A stretch of DNA of 64,000 nt from Myxococcota bacterium (GTDB lineage: Bacteria > Myxococcota_A > UBA9160 > JAFDDA01), in contig OZ245817.1 of assembly GCA_965228475.1 (NCBI GenBank), positions 3,552,001 to 3,616,000 of the forward strand, written 5' to 3'. A model generated the notes under the pieces. That model saw nothing but the letters and a program-made list of their open reading frames with translations, ran no database searches and was not told the DNA's origin. A program made the position numbers and the translations under genes. Shown here one piece after another: positions 47,725-57,239 of the stretch; the first letter of the stretch is position 1; each line of letters opens with the position of its first letter.

Positions 47725-48768
47725 GTGGGCACGCCGGGCATCCAGGAAGAGAACGTCGCGCGGTTCCTGCGGGACAACGTCCCGGGAGCGAGCGGCCCCT
47801 TCGCCTACGAGCTGATCGCGGGCGGGCGTTCGAACCTGACCTTCCGCGTGCGCGACGGCGAGCGGACGTTCATCCTGCGCCGCCCGCCGCTCGGCCACGT
47901 CCTGCCCACGGCCCACGACATGGCGCGCGAGCACCGCGTGCTCCACGCGCTGGCCGCAACCGACGTCCCGGTGCCCCGGCCCCTCGCGCTGTGCGAAGAC
48001 ACGGCGGTGAACGACGCGGTCTTCTACGTGATGGAGGACCGCCCGGGCGTGATCCTCCAGTTCGGCGACGATGGCACGTACGCCACGGCGCCCGAAGAGC
48101 GCCGCCGCATCGGCGAAGCCCTGGCGGACACCCTGGCGAAGCTTCACGCCGTCGATCCCGGCGCCGTCGGGCTCGGCGATTTCGGCCGGCCCGAGGGCTA
48201 CGTCGAGCGCCAGGTCCGACGCTGGGCCAAGCAGTGGGAGGGGAACCGCACGGCGCCCCTACCCGAGGTCGAGGAACTCCTCGCCCGCCTCGCCCGCGCC
48301 CTGCCCGCCCACTCCGACGCCACGATCGTCCACGGCGACTACCGGCTCGGCAACATGGCCCTCGACCCGGACGACCCGGGCCGCGTGGTCGCGATCTTCG
48401 ATTGGGAGATGGCGACCCTCGGCGACCCGCTCGCCGACCTCGGCTACACGCTCATCTACTGGATCGAGGAGGGCGAGCCGGACCTCGTCGCCTCGGGCGG
48501 GATCACCGCGCGCCCGGGCTTCCCGAGCCGGGACGAGATCGTGGCGCGCTACGCGCGGGCGAGCGGCCGCAACGTCGATTCGGTGGAGTTCTACCAGGTC
48601 CTCGCCTACACCAAGCTGGCGGTGATCAGCGAAGGCATCCTGAAGCGATTCCAGATGGGCAAGACGGTGGGCGACGCCTTCGCGGACCGGCGCGCGCCCG
48701 CGCTCGCGGAGCTCGCCCTCGCCATCGCGGACGGCGCCGACGACCCGCGCCTCCGGGGGGCCCGCTAG
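47725..48768 (+). CDS. Phosphotransferase (APH/ACAD10-like) family protein
   Basis: GGRSNLT, LRRPP..HVLPTAHDMAREH, HGDYRLGN, DWEMATLGDPLADLG. Confidence 0.9.
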   Translation: MGTPGIQEENVARFLRDNVPGASGPFAYELIAGGRSNLTFRVRDGERTFILRRPPLGHVLPTAHDMAREHRVLHALAATDVPVPRPLALCEDTAVNDAVFYVMEDRPGVILQFGDDGTYATAPEERRRIGEALADTLAKLHAVDPGAVGLGDFGRPEGYVERQVRRWAKQWEGNRTAPLPEVEELLARLARALPAHSDATIVHGDYRLGNMALDPDDPGRVVAIFDWEMATLGDPLADLGYTLIYWIEEGEPDLVASGGITARPGFPSRDEIVARYARASGRNVDSVEFYQVLAYTKLAVISEGILKRFQMGKTVGDAFADRRAPALAELALAIADGADDPRLRGAR

Positions 48769-49883
48769 TGCGCACCCGCCTCCTCGCCGTCACCTGCGTC
48801 GCCTTCGCAACGGCCTGCGCCTCCATGCTCGCGCCCCCGCCCGAACCCGGCCCCGTCGAAGACGCGGAGCGCGAACGCGCCCTGCGCAACGCCAGCGCCA
48901 GCCGCCCCGTCGACGCGACGAAGCTCGACCTGCGCGCCGGCCCGCCGGGTACGCGGGACGCCGACGAGCCCCTCGAGTGCACCTTCGTCGTCCCGACCAC
49001 GACGCCGGGCGGGAACACGCCGAAGTTCCTCTGCCGCGAGGAAGACGGCAACGTCGTCAAGGTGAAGTACGGCCCGGACAACATGGAGGTCCACGCCGAG
49101 ATCTTCGGGAGCCGCCTGCTCTGGGCGCTCGGCTTCTACAGCGACCGGATCGACCCGGTGCGCGTCGAGTGCCGCGGCTGCCCCGAGGACCCCTGGGACT
49201 TCCTGAAGAGCCTCGATCCCGCCAACCCGCGCCCCGCGCCCCGTGCCGACGTGGTGCGAACCTTCGAGCCGGCCATCCTCGAGAGCTACTACGGCCGGCG
49301 CATCCAGGGCCATTCCGGCCAAGGCGTCCCCTGGCCGTGGCTGCTCGCGACGCGTTCCCCCGACCCGGCGCGCGCCGAAGCCCAGCGGATCGAGCGCGAA
49401 GCGCTGACGCTCCTCGCCGCGTTCCTCGGCCACGGCGACAGCAAGGAGCAGAATCAGACGCTCGCGTGCGCGCCCGGCGGCGGACCGATCCACGCCTGCC
49501 AGGAGCCCGTCGTCTACATCGGCGACCTCGGCGCGATCCTCGGGCGCGGCTTCTTCGTGATCACCTCGAAGGTCGACATCGAGGATTGGACCCGCAACCC
49601 GGTCTGGCGCGACGCGAACGCCTGCGTCGCGCGCTTCGATGCGCACCCCGTCGGGACGCTGCGCGACACGCCGGTCTCCGAGCCGGCGCGGGCGCTCCTG
49701 GCCGAGCGACTCGGCGCGCTCACGCGGAAGCAGATCCGCACGCTCTTCGACGTCGCAGGGCTCGACGGGGTGGGCGGCGAGGTCGAGGACCCGGACGGTA
49801 CGGCGCGGCCGCCGCGCACCACCGACTGGATGCGGGCCTTCGAGGCGCGGCGGCGCCAGATCACCGAGCACCGCTGCCCCTAG
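48768..49883 (+). CDS. Lipoprotein with atypical (HipA/PI3K-like) kinase motifs
   Basis: GTG overlapping the upstream TAG; lipobox ATAC; GGNTPKF, VKVKY, EVHAE, HGDSKEQN, DLG. Confidence 0.65.
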   Translation: MRTRLLAVTCVAFATACASMLAPPPEPGPVEDAERERALRNASASRPVDATKLDLRAGPPGTRDADEPLECTFVVPTTTPGGNTPKFLCREEDGNVVKVKYGPDNMEVHAEIFGSRLLWALGFYSDRIDPVRVECRGCPEDPWDFLKSLDPANPRPAPRADVVRTFEPAILESYYGRRIQGHSGQGVPWPWLLATRSPDPARAEAQRIEREALTLLAAFLGHGDSKEQNQTLACAPGGGPIHACQEPVVYIGDLGAILGRGFFVITSKVDIEDWTRNPVWRDANACVARFDAHPVGTLRDTPVSEPARALLAERLGALTRKQIRTLFDVAGLDGVGGEVEDPDGTARPPRTTDWMRAFEARRRQITEHRCP

Positions 49884-49911
49884 GCGTGAGAGAGGGCCCC
49901 GGGGCCGTTTC

Positions 49912-49943
49912 TTGACCGCGCGTTCAGGCATCCCTTATAAGGG
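49912..49943 (+). promoter_or_regulatory. Sigma70-like promoter overlapped by a palindrome
   Basis: TTGACC-N18-TATAAG; CCCTTATAAGGG palindrome at 49932-49943; ATG 6 nt after the -10, no SD. Confidence 0.5.
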
Positions 49944-49947
49944 TTGA

Positions 49948-52761
49948 ATGCGCAGATCACTCCGCTCGATCGTCGTGATTTCCCTCCCGCTCCTGCTCCT
50001 GGCCTGCCAGGAAGAGATCCCGATCGGCCACCCGGGCTTCGCGAGCCCCCACGCGAGCCCGCTCGCGCTCTCGCCGACGCAGCCCGAGCTGTACGTGGCG
50101 AACACGGCCGCGGACACGCTCGAGGTGATCGACACGACGAAGCAGAAGGTGATGCAGCGCATCTCCGTCGGCATCGACCCGGTGAGCGTCGCCGTTCGGC
50201 CGGACGGTCTCGAGGTCTGGGTCGCAAATCACGTCTCGGACAGCGTGAGCATCATCGACGTCGCCCCGGGCAGCCCGACGCGCTACCGCGTGGTCGGCAC
50301 GGTGCAGGCCTTCGATGCGGAAGGCCAGGTCACCACCTTCGACGAGCCCGTCGGCATCGCCTTCGCGAACGATGCCAAGGCCTACGTCGCACTCTCCTCG
50401 CGCAACGCGGTGGCGATCGTCGACGTCGCCACCCGCAGCGTGACGGGCGAGATCTTCATCCCCTCCCAGGAGCCGCGCGCCCTGGCCGTGCGCGGCGGCC
50501 GGCTCTTCGTGCTGCCCTTCGAATCGGGCAACCGCACGGAGCTCTCGGGCTGCCTGATCCCCGCCTTCGAGCCCGGCTGCACCTTCTCGATCGCCGAGCT
50601 CCAGAGCAACAGCATCGACATCATCCTCACGCGCAACCTGGTGGCGGACATCATCCGCAACCCCGCGACGCCGGACCGCGACCTCCTCGTGTTCGACACG
50701 GCGGACGAATCGCCCGTCGCCGAGGTCTCCGCGTTCGGGACGCTGCTCTACGGCCTGGCCGTGGACTCCCAGGGCGACGTGCTCGTGGCGCTCACCGAGG
50801 CGCGCAACGATGCCAACGGTCTCTCGGGAACGGCCGGCCATGGCCTGGCCGAGATCGAGAACCGCATGTTCCTGAACCAGGTGGCGCGCGTGAACTGCTC
50901 GGCCGGCTGCGACGCCGCCACGCTCTTCGACCTGGAGCCCCTGCCGCCCTCGCAGCCGGCACCCGGGATGGCCCTCTCCACCCCCTTCGGCATCCAGGTG
51001 AGCGACGACGACGCCACGGTGGTCGCCGTGGCCGCAGGCTCGAGCAAGCTCTTCACGATGGACGCGGCCACGGGCCAGGTGCTCGGCCGCGCGGACGTCG
51101 GCGCCATCCCGCGCGGGCTCGTCCTCGCCTCCGACGGCGGCGGCCAGCCGGCCGAGGCCTGGGTCTTCAACGCCGTGGACGCGAGCGTCTCGCGCGTGGA
51201 CGTCTCGGACCCGACGGCCCCGATCGAGACCAAGCGCATCGCCCTCGACGACCCGACGCACCCGGACGTGAAGGCCGGGCGCATCGCCTTCAACGACGCG
51301 AACGGCTCCACCACGGGGACGTTCTCCTGCGCGAGCTGCCACCCGGACGGGAACACCGACCAGCTCCTCTGGAACCTCGGCGCCGTCTGCCTCACGCCCG
51401 GCTGCAACCAGGCCCAGCCCCGCACCACCATGCCGATCCGCGGCCTGCGCGACACCCTGCCGCTCCACTGGGACGGCGTGGTCGGCGACCCCTTCGGCGG
51501 CATCAACGCCGAGGTCGCGGACTCGGGCGTCGACGTCCCGCCCGACTGCACCGACGAGCACTCCTGCTTCCGCGCCCTCGTCGACGGTGCGATGTCCGGC
51601 ACGATGTGCGACCAGGGGGCCTGCCCGGACAACGGCGAAGGCCTGGCCGGGGCCTTCAGCATCGCCGAGCGCGACGCCATGGCGGTCTTCCTGCGCAGCG
51701 TGCCCTACCCGCCCGCGCGCGAGCGGCGTCTCGACGACACGCTCTCGCCCCAGGCCTTCGAAGGCTTCCAGCAGTTCCTGAAGGGCGTCGACGAAGACTT
51801 CCCGGTGGGCTGCAGCCGCACCCAGGGCGCCTGCCATGCGCTCCCGTTCTGGGCGGGCACGAACACGCCGCAGCAGGGCATGGACGCACCGACCTTCCGC
51901 GGCATTCCGGACCGCCACCTGCTGCTCCCGAACGGCCGCTCCGGCATGTGGGGACTCATCTCGCTCACGCCCCTCAACGCGGTGCAGTGGGATCCGCTCG
52001 ACGGCCCGGACGAGCTCTACTCCTGGGGCATGACCTTCGGAACCGAGGACATCCCGCTCGTCAACCGCAACTCGCTCGGCGACGGCCCGTTCAAGCTCTT
52101 CCAGCTCTTCCTCGAGGGCTCCATGGGCTTCGCCGGAAGCTTCGGCCGCCAGGTCACGCTCGATGCGAACACCGCGGGCGACCCCCAGACCACGGCGCTG
52201 CTCGCAGCCCTCGAGCGCGCCGACGACGACGGCGTGGTCCTGCTCGGCGGCAAGGGCACGAAGTTCGGCACGGGGGGCGCCATCGACCTCTCGCTGATCT
52301 ACGACGAAGGGCTCTACGCCCGCGAAGGCGACGACGGCAGCAAGAGCGGGCCCTTCACGCGGCAGGAGCTGCTCGACCAGGCCGCGGCCGGCGAGATCAC
52401 CGTCACCTTCACCGGCCGCATCGGCGCGAACTCCGACGTCGACCACCCGCAGCCTGCCATCTGGCTGCCTTCGCGCTTCCCGCAGTTCGGCGGCCAGAGC
52501 CCGCCGGCGCTTCCGGTGCTGACCACGGTCGCGAGCTTCACTGTGTTCGGCCGGCACGTCGTTCCGGGCGCCGGGCTGCTCGTCGACGGCCAGGCGGTCG
52601 ACGGAACGGTCCAGTGCGAGCTCGGCGGAACGCTCCCGGCCTGCACGGACGAGGTGCTACGGATCGATCTCGCGGCGCTCCCGCCCCTCGGCGACCACAC
52701 CTTCCAGGTGACCACGCCCGGCGGGCTGCTCAGCAACGAGATGCTGATCGAGGTGCACTAG
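49948..52761 (+). CDS. YVTN/YncE beta-propeller - cytochrome c (peroxidase/MauG-like) lipoprotein
   Basis: Lipobox LLAC; LYVANT..D...VID repeats; CASCH heme motif; second CSRTQGACH. Confidence 0.75.
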   Translation: MRRSLRSIVVISLPLLLLACQEEIPIGHPGFASPHASPLALSPTQPELYVANTAADTLEVIDTTKQKVMQRISVGIDPVSVAVRPDGLEVWVANHVSDSVSIIDVAPGSPTRYRVVGTVQAFDAEGQVTTFDEPVGIAFANDAKAYVALSSRNAVAIVDVATRSVTGEIFIPSQEPRALAVRGGRLFVLPFESGNRTELSGCLIPAFEPGCTFSIAELQSNSIDIILTRNLVADIIRNPATPDRDLLVFDTADESPVAEVSAFGTLLYGLAVDSQGDVLVALTEARNDANGLSGTAGHGLAEIENRMFLNQVARVNCSAGCDAATLFDLEPLPPSQPAPGMALSTPFGIQVSDDDATVVAVAAGSSKLFTMDAATGQVLGRADVGAIPRGLVLASDGGGQPAEAWVFNAVDASVSRVDVSDPTAPIETKRIALDDPTHPDVKAGRIAFNDANGSTTGTFSCASCHPDGNTDQLLWNLGAVCLTPGCNQAQPRTTMPIRGLRDTLPLHWDGVVGDPFGGINAEVADSGVDVPPDCTDEHSCFRALVDGAMSGTMCDQGACPDNGEGLAGAFSIAERDAMAVFLRSVPYPPARERRLDDTLSPQAFEGFQQFLKGVDEDFPVGCSRTQGACHALPFWAGTNTPQQGMDAPTFRGIPDRHLLLPNGRSGMWGLISLTPLNAVQWDPLDGPDELYSWGMTFGTEDIPLVNRNSLGDGPFKLFQLFLEGSMGFAGSFGRQVTLDANTAGDPQTTALLAALERADDDGVVLLGGKGTKFGTGGAIDLSLIYDEGLYAREGDDGSKSGPFTRQELLDQAAAGEITVTFTGRIGANSDVDHPQPAIWLPSRFPQFGGQSPPALPVLTTVASFTVFGRHVVPGAGLLVDGQAVDGTVQCELGGTLPACTDEVLRIDLAALPPLGDHTFQVTTPGGLLSNEMLIEVH

Positions 52762-52791
52762 CTCCGGGCTTCGAGCTCCGGGAAGCGGCGG

Positions 52792-55700
52792 CTAGCTCGC
52801 GCGGTAGGCGGCGAGCAGCTCCGTCTCGCGCTCCCGCGCCTCCGCGAGCTGCGCCTCCTTCACGAGGCCGAACCCGCGCACGCGCTCGGGCAGGTTCGCG
52901 AGCTCCACGGCGACGGCGTGGTTCTCCTGCGAGAGCGTCGCCAGGATCTCCTCGATGCGCTCCTCGTACTCCCCGATGAGCTGCTGCTCGAGCACGCGGT
53001 GCTCGTTGCGGAAGGGATCGAGCCGCGTGCCGCGCAGGAACTTGAAACGCGCCATCACGCCGAGCACGGGCAGGAAGTAGCGGGCCGGGATGTTCCACTT
53101 GGGCATGCGGCCCGTTTCCGGATCCGCGCGCGAGAGGAAGCGCTCGATCAATGGCAGGTGCTGCGGGTTGAAGTGGAGCGTGACCTCCGGATCGCCTTCG
53201 AACTCGCGCCGGATCTGCTCGGCGAAGCGGCCGTCGCTGTAGAGCCGTGCGACTTCGTACTCGTCCTTGTAAGCGAGCACCTTCGCGTAGGCGTGGGCCA
53301 CCGCGCGCGCGAGGGCATCGTTCCCGGGCGCCACCGCCTGCTCGCGCGTGGCGACGCGGTCGACGAGGTTGCGGTACCGCTTCGCCAGGCGCGCGTTCTG
53401 GTAGGCGGTGAGGTGCTCGGTGCGGTGGGCGAGGAGCGCTTCGAGCGTTTCGGGGAGTCCGCCGGACTCGCCGCGCAGACCCGGCCGGGCCGCCGCCTCG
53501 ACCTGCTCGCGGTCGTGGGCGGCGAGGCGCCCCCAGGAGAAGGCGCGCAGGTTCATCTCCACCGCGCGGCCGTTCAGCTCGATGGCGCGCTCGATCGCCG
53601 GCAGCGAGACCGGGAGCCGGCCGAGCTGGAAGGCATGGCCCAGCAGGAAGAGGTTCGTCGCGATCGCGTCGCCCATGAGCGCCGTCGCGAGCGGCGACGC
53701 CGGGAGGAAGTGGCAGCCCTCGCCCCCGGCGGCGGCCTCGATGGCCTGCTCCATGGCGCGGGAAGAGAGGTCGAGGTCCGGGTTGCTCGCGAAGTCCGAG
53801 GTCGGGGCGACGTGGGTGTTCACGACGGCCGTCGTTCGGCCCTTCCCCATGCGCGAGAGGCCGTCGATGCCGGTCGTCACCACGATGTCCGAGCCGATCA
53901 CGAGATCCGCGGCGCCGGCGGGGATGCGCGTCGCATGGAGGTCTTCGGCGCGCTCGGCCACGCGCACGTGGCTCGAGACCGGGCCGTTCTTCTGGGCGAG
54001 GCCCGTGACGTCGAGTTCGCTCACGCCGAGCCCCTCGAGGTGCGCCGCCATCGCGACGATCGCGCCGACGGTGACCACGCCCCCGCCGCCGATTCCGGTG
54101 ACCAGCACGTTGAAGGGGCGATCGAGCGGCGGCCGCTCGGGCAGCGGCAGCGAAGCGAAGCGATCCCCCGCATCCACCGCCTCGCGGGCGGCCTTGCGGA
54201 GCGTGCCCCCGGAGACGCTCACGAAGCTCGGGCAGTAGCCCTTCACGCAGGAGTAGTCCTTGTTGCAGGACGACTGGTGGATGCGGCGCTTGCGGCCGAG
54301 GGGCGTCTCGACCGGCTCGATCGAGATGCAGTTGCTCTGCACGCTGCAGTCCCCGCAGCCCTCGCAGACCTCTTCGTTGATGACGATGCGGCGGTCCGGG
54401 TCCGGGAAGGCCTGGCGCTTGCGCAGGCGGCGCGCCTCGGCCGCACAGGTCTGGTCGTAGACGATCGCGGTCACGCCCGGGACGTCGCGCAGGGTGCGCT
54501 GGACGCCGTCGAGGGCATCGCGATGGTGGATGGCGACGTCCTTCGGGATCGCACCGGCCGGGTACTTCTCGGGCTCGTTGGTCACGACCTCGACGCGCGC
54601 GACGCCCTCCGCCCGGAGCTGGGCCACGATCTGCGGCACCGTGACCTCGCCCTCGAGCGCCTCGCCTTCGATGGGCTGGCCGCCCGTCATGGCGACGGCG
54701 CCGTTCGCGAGCACCTTGTAGGTCACGTTCACGCCGGCCGTCACGGCGGCCCGGATCGCGAGCAGGCCCGAGTGGAAGTACGTCCCGTCGCCGATGTTCT
54801 GGAAGACGTGCTTCGTCTCCGTGAAGGGTGCGAGGCCGATCCAGTTCGCGCCCTCCCCGCCCATCTGGGTGACGGCCAGGGTGTTTCGGCCGGGCAGCCA
54901 GACGGCCATGCCGTGGCAGCCGATGCCGCCGAGGGCGAGGCTTTCGTCGGGCACGACGGTCGACGTGTTGTGCGGGCAACCCGAGCAGAACGCCGGCAGG
55001 CGCATGAGACCGCTCGCCGCGGGCGGCGCGACGGGTTCGGGCGCGGGAGTGAAGCGCTGCGCCGCTTCGGGTGCTCGGCGCCCGAGCCAACGCCGCAGGA
55101 TCTCGGCGACGGGTGCCGGCGCGAGCTCGCCTTCGGCCGGCACGAGCGGCGCGCCGTCTTCGTCGACTTTCCCGAGCAGGCGCGGGCGTTCGCTGCGGTT
55201 GTAGAGGAGCCGCGCGATCTGGTCTTCCAGGATCGGCCGCTTCTCCTCGACGACGAGCAGGTCTTCGAGCCCCTCGGCGAAGCGGCCGATGCCTTCGGGC
55301 TCGAGGGGCCAGGGCAAGGCGACCTTGAACACCTCGAGGCCGAGCGCCCGCGCGCGTTCCTCGTCGATGCCGAGGTCGTCGAGGGCCTGGCGCACGTCGA
55401 GGTAGGCCTTTCCCGTGGTGACGATGCCGAACCGCCGCGCCCCGCCGGCGCCGAAGACCGTGCGGTCGAGACCGTTCGCGCGGACGTAGGCATGGATGGC
55501 CGGGAAGCGCTGCTGGTAGAGCCGCTGCTCGACGGGCAGCGGGTAGTTCGCCCAGGCGATGTGCAGACCTTCGGGCCGCGCGTCCTCCTCGGGAAGGACG
55601 ATCTCCACGCGCGCTGGTCCGACCTCGACCGAGGCGGCGCTGTCGACCGTGTCCGTCAGGCACTTGAAGCCGACCCAGGTGCCGGCGTAGCGCGAGAGCG

Positions 55701-56304
55701 CGAAGCCGTGCAGGCCGAGGTCGAGATACTCCTGCACGCTCGCCGGGTTCAGGAACGGCATCCCGCAGTGGATGAGCGCGTGCTCGCTCTGGTGCGCGAT
55801 CGAGGACGACTTCGCTCCCGGGTCGTCGCCGGTGAGCGCGAGCACCCCGCCCTTCGGCGCCGTGCCCGCGTAGTTCGCGTGCTTCAGGGCGTCGAGGGAG
55901 CGATCGACGCCCGGGCCCTTCCCGTACCAGATGCCGAAGACACCGTCGCGCTTCGGCCCGGGCATCAGGCCGGCCTGCTGGGAGCCCCAGACGGCGGTGG
56001 CGGCGAGGTCTTCGTTCACGCCCGGCGAGAAGCGCACGTCGGCGGCTTCGAGTTCCGCGCGGGCCTGCCACAGGGCGGTGTCGTAGGTGCCGAGCGGCGA
56101 GCCGCGGTAGCCGGAGATGAAGCCCGCGGTGTCGAGCCCGGCGGCGAGGTCGCGCTGCTTCTGCAAGAGCGGCAGGCGCACGAGGGCCTGCACGCCGGTC
56201 AGGTAGACCCGGCCGGCCTCCCGCGCGTAGCGGTCGGAGAGCTCGTAGCTGTGGTCGATTTCGGTCGGGGCGGCGGCCACGGGGTCCCATTCTAGAGATC
56301 GCAC
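52792..56304 (-). CDS. Indolepyruvate ferredoxin oxidoreductase family (fused alpha/beta)
   Basis: GFISGYRGSPLG, WYGKGPGVDR, FCSGCPHN, CEGCGDC, LAYKDEYEVARL; start may be GTG 56280. Confidence 0.95.
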   Translation of the reverse strand: MRSLEWDPVAAAPTEIDHSYELSDRYAREAGRVYLTGVQALVRLPLLQKQRDLAAGLDTAGFISGYRGSPLGTYDTALWQARAELEAADVRFSPGVNEDLAATAVWGSQQAGLMPGPKRDGVFGIWYGKGPGVDRSLDALKHANYAGTAPKGGVLALTGDDPGAKSSSIAHQSEHALIHCGMPFLNPASVQEYLDLGLHGFALSRYAGTWVGFKCLTDTVDSAASVEVGPARVEIVLPEEDARPEGLHIAWANYPLPVEQRLYQQRFPAIHAYVRANGLDRTVFGAGGARRFGIVTTGKAYLDVRQALDDLGIDEERARALGLEVFKVALPWPLEPEGIGRFAEGLEDLLVVEEKRPILEDQIARLLYNRSERPRLLGKVDEDGAPLVPAEGELAPAPVAEILRRWLGRRAPEAAQRFTPAPEPVAPPAASGLMRLPAFCSGCPHNTSTVVPDESLALGGIGCHGMAVWLPGRNTLAVTQMGGEGANWIGLAPFTETKHVFQNIGDGTYFHSGLLAIRAAVTAGVNVTYKVLANGAVAMTGGQPIEGEALEGEVTVPQIVAQLRAEGVARVEVVTNEPEKYPAGAIPKDVAIHHRDALDGVQRTLRDVPGVTAIVYDQTCAAEARRLRKRQAFPDPDRRIVINEEVCEGCGDCSVQSNCISIEPVETPLGRKRRIHQSSCNKDYSCVKGYCPSFVSVSGGTLRKAAREAVDAGDRFASLPLPERPPLDRPFNVLVTGIGGGGVVTVGAIVAMAAHLEGLGVSELDVTGLAQKNGPVSSHVRVAERAEDLHATRIPAGAADLVIGSDIVVTTGIDGLSRMGKGRTTAVVNTHVAPTSDFASNPDLDLSSRAMEQAIEAAAGGEGCHFLPASPLATALMGDAIATNLFLLGHAFQLGRLPVSLPAIERAIELNGRAVEMNLRAFSWGRLAAHDREQVEAAARPGLRGESGGLPETLEALLAHRTEHLTAYQNARLAKRYRNLVDRVATREQAVAPGNDALARAVAHAYAKVLAYKDEYEVARLYSDGRFAEQIRREFEGDPEVTLHFNPQHLPLIERFLSRADPETGRMPKWNIPARYFLPVLGVMARFKFLRGTRLDPFRNEHRVLEQQLIGEYEERIEEILATLSQENHAVAVELANLPERVRGFGLVKEAQLAEARERETELLAAYRAS

Positions 56305-56326
56305 GCAACCCGCGTGCGGACGGAAT

Positions 56327-56340
56327 TGTAACGTGTTTCA
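56327..56340. promoter_or_regulatory. KstR-type operator box
   Basis: TGTAACGTGTTTCA fits TnnAACnnGTTnnA; lies in a divergent intergenic region. Confidence 0.6.
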
Positions 56341-56389
56341 CTCTGGCCGCGGGCGGGCAAACCCGCGGCACGAGAGAAGGAGAGGCGGG

Positions 56390-57223
56390 TTGAAGCTCGG
56401 CGTCACCATCCATGCGACGGACCTCGCCATGAGCCCGACGGAGCTCGGCCCCGAGGCCGAGGCGCGCGGATTCCACTCCCTCTTCATTCCCGAGCACACC
56501 CACATTCCGACCAGCCGGCGCACGCCGCCACCCACCGGCGACGCCGAGCTCGCCCAGGAATACCTCCGCAGCCTCGACCCCTACGTCGGCCTCGCGGCCG
56601 CGGCCGCACGGACCGAGCGCATCCGGCTCGGGACGGGCATCGCCCTCGTCGCCCAGCACGACCCGATCGCCCTGGCCAAGGAGATCGCGACGCTCGACTT
56701 CCTCTCGGGCGGGCGCTTCGTCCTCGGCATCGGCTACGGCTGGAACCACGAGGAGATGGAGAACCACGGCATCGACGTGAAGCGCCGCCGCGCCCACGTG
56801 CGCGAGACGATGCTCGCGATGGAGGCGCTGTGGGCGAACGAGGTGGCCGAGTTCCACGGCGAGTTCGTCGATTTCGAACCGAGCTGGCAGTGGCCGAAGC
56901 CCGTGCAGCAGCCGCGGCCGCCGGTGCTGCTCGGCGGCGGGCCCGGGCCGACGCTCTTCGAACACATCGCCGAGTACGGCGACGGCTGGCTCCCGATCGG
57001 CGGCGGCGGGCTGCGCGATGCGCTCCCGAAGCTCCACGCCGCCATGGAGGCGCGGGGGCGCGACCCGAAACAGCTCGAGATCGTCCCGATGGGCGTCTTC
57101 CCGACCGAGGAAAAGCTCGACCACTACCGCGAGGCCGGCGTCACCGAGTGCGTCCTCCGCCTCCCCTCGGCCCCGCGCGACGAAGTCCTGCCCGTCCTCG
57201 ACGAGTACGCCCGCTACCTCTGA
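56390..57223 (+). CDS. LLM class (putatively F420-dependent) oxidoreductase
   Basis: PEHTHIP, LAKEIATLDFLSGGRF, PKPVQQP; TTG start after AAGGAG. Confidence 0.9.
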   Translation: MKLGVTIHATDLAMSPTELGPEAEARGFHSLFIPEHTHIPTSRRTPPPTGDAELAQEYLRSLDPYVGLAAAAARTERIRLGTGIALVAQHDPIALAKEIATLDFLSGGRFVLGIGYGWNHEEMENHGIDVKRRRAHVRETMLAMEALWANEVAEFHGEFVDFEPSWQWPKPVQQPRPPVLLGGGPGPTLFEHIAEYGDGWLPIGGGGLRDALPKLHAAMEARGRDPKQLEIVPMGVFPTEEKLDHYREAGVTECVLRLPSAPRDEVLPVLDEYARYL

Positions 57224-57239
57224 GGACGAACGGCGCGGA

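Noticed and set aside
47725..48768. Aminoglycoside resistance gene
   Set aside because: Motifs and context fit the ACAD10-like phosphotransferases of lipid metabolism.
1280..57124. Other very long Arg/Gly/Pro-rich ORFs (1280..4540, 25471..29073, 31399..34686, 49944..52979, 52730..57124, 52918..56295)
   Set aside because: They overlap well-supported genes in other frames or strands and have low-complexity, frame-shifted composition.
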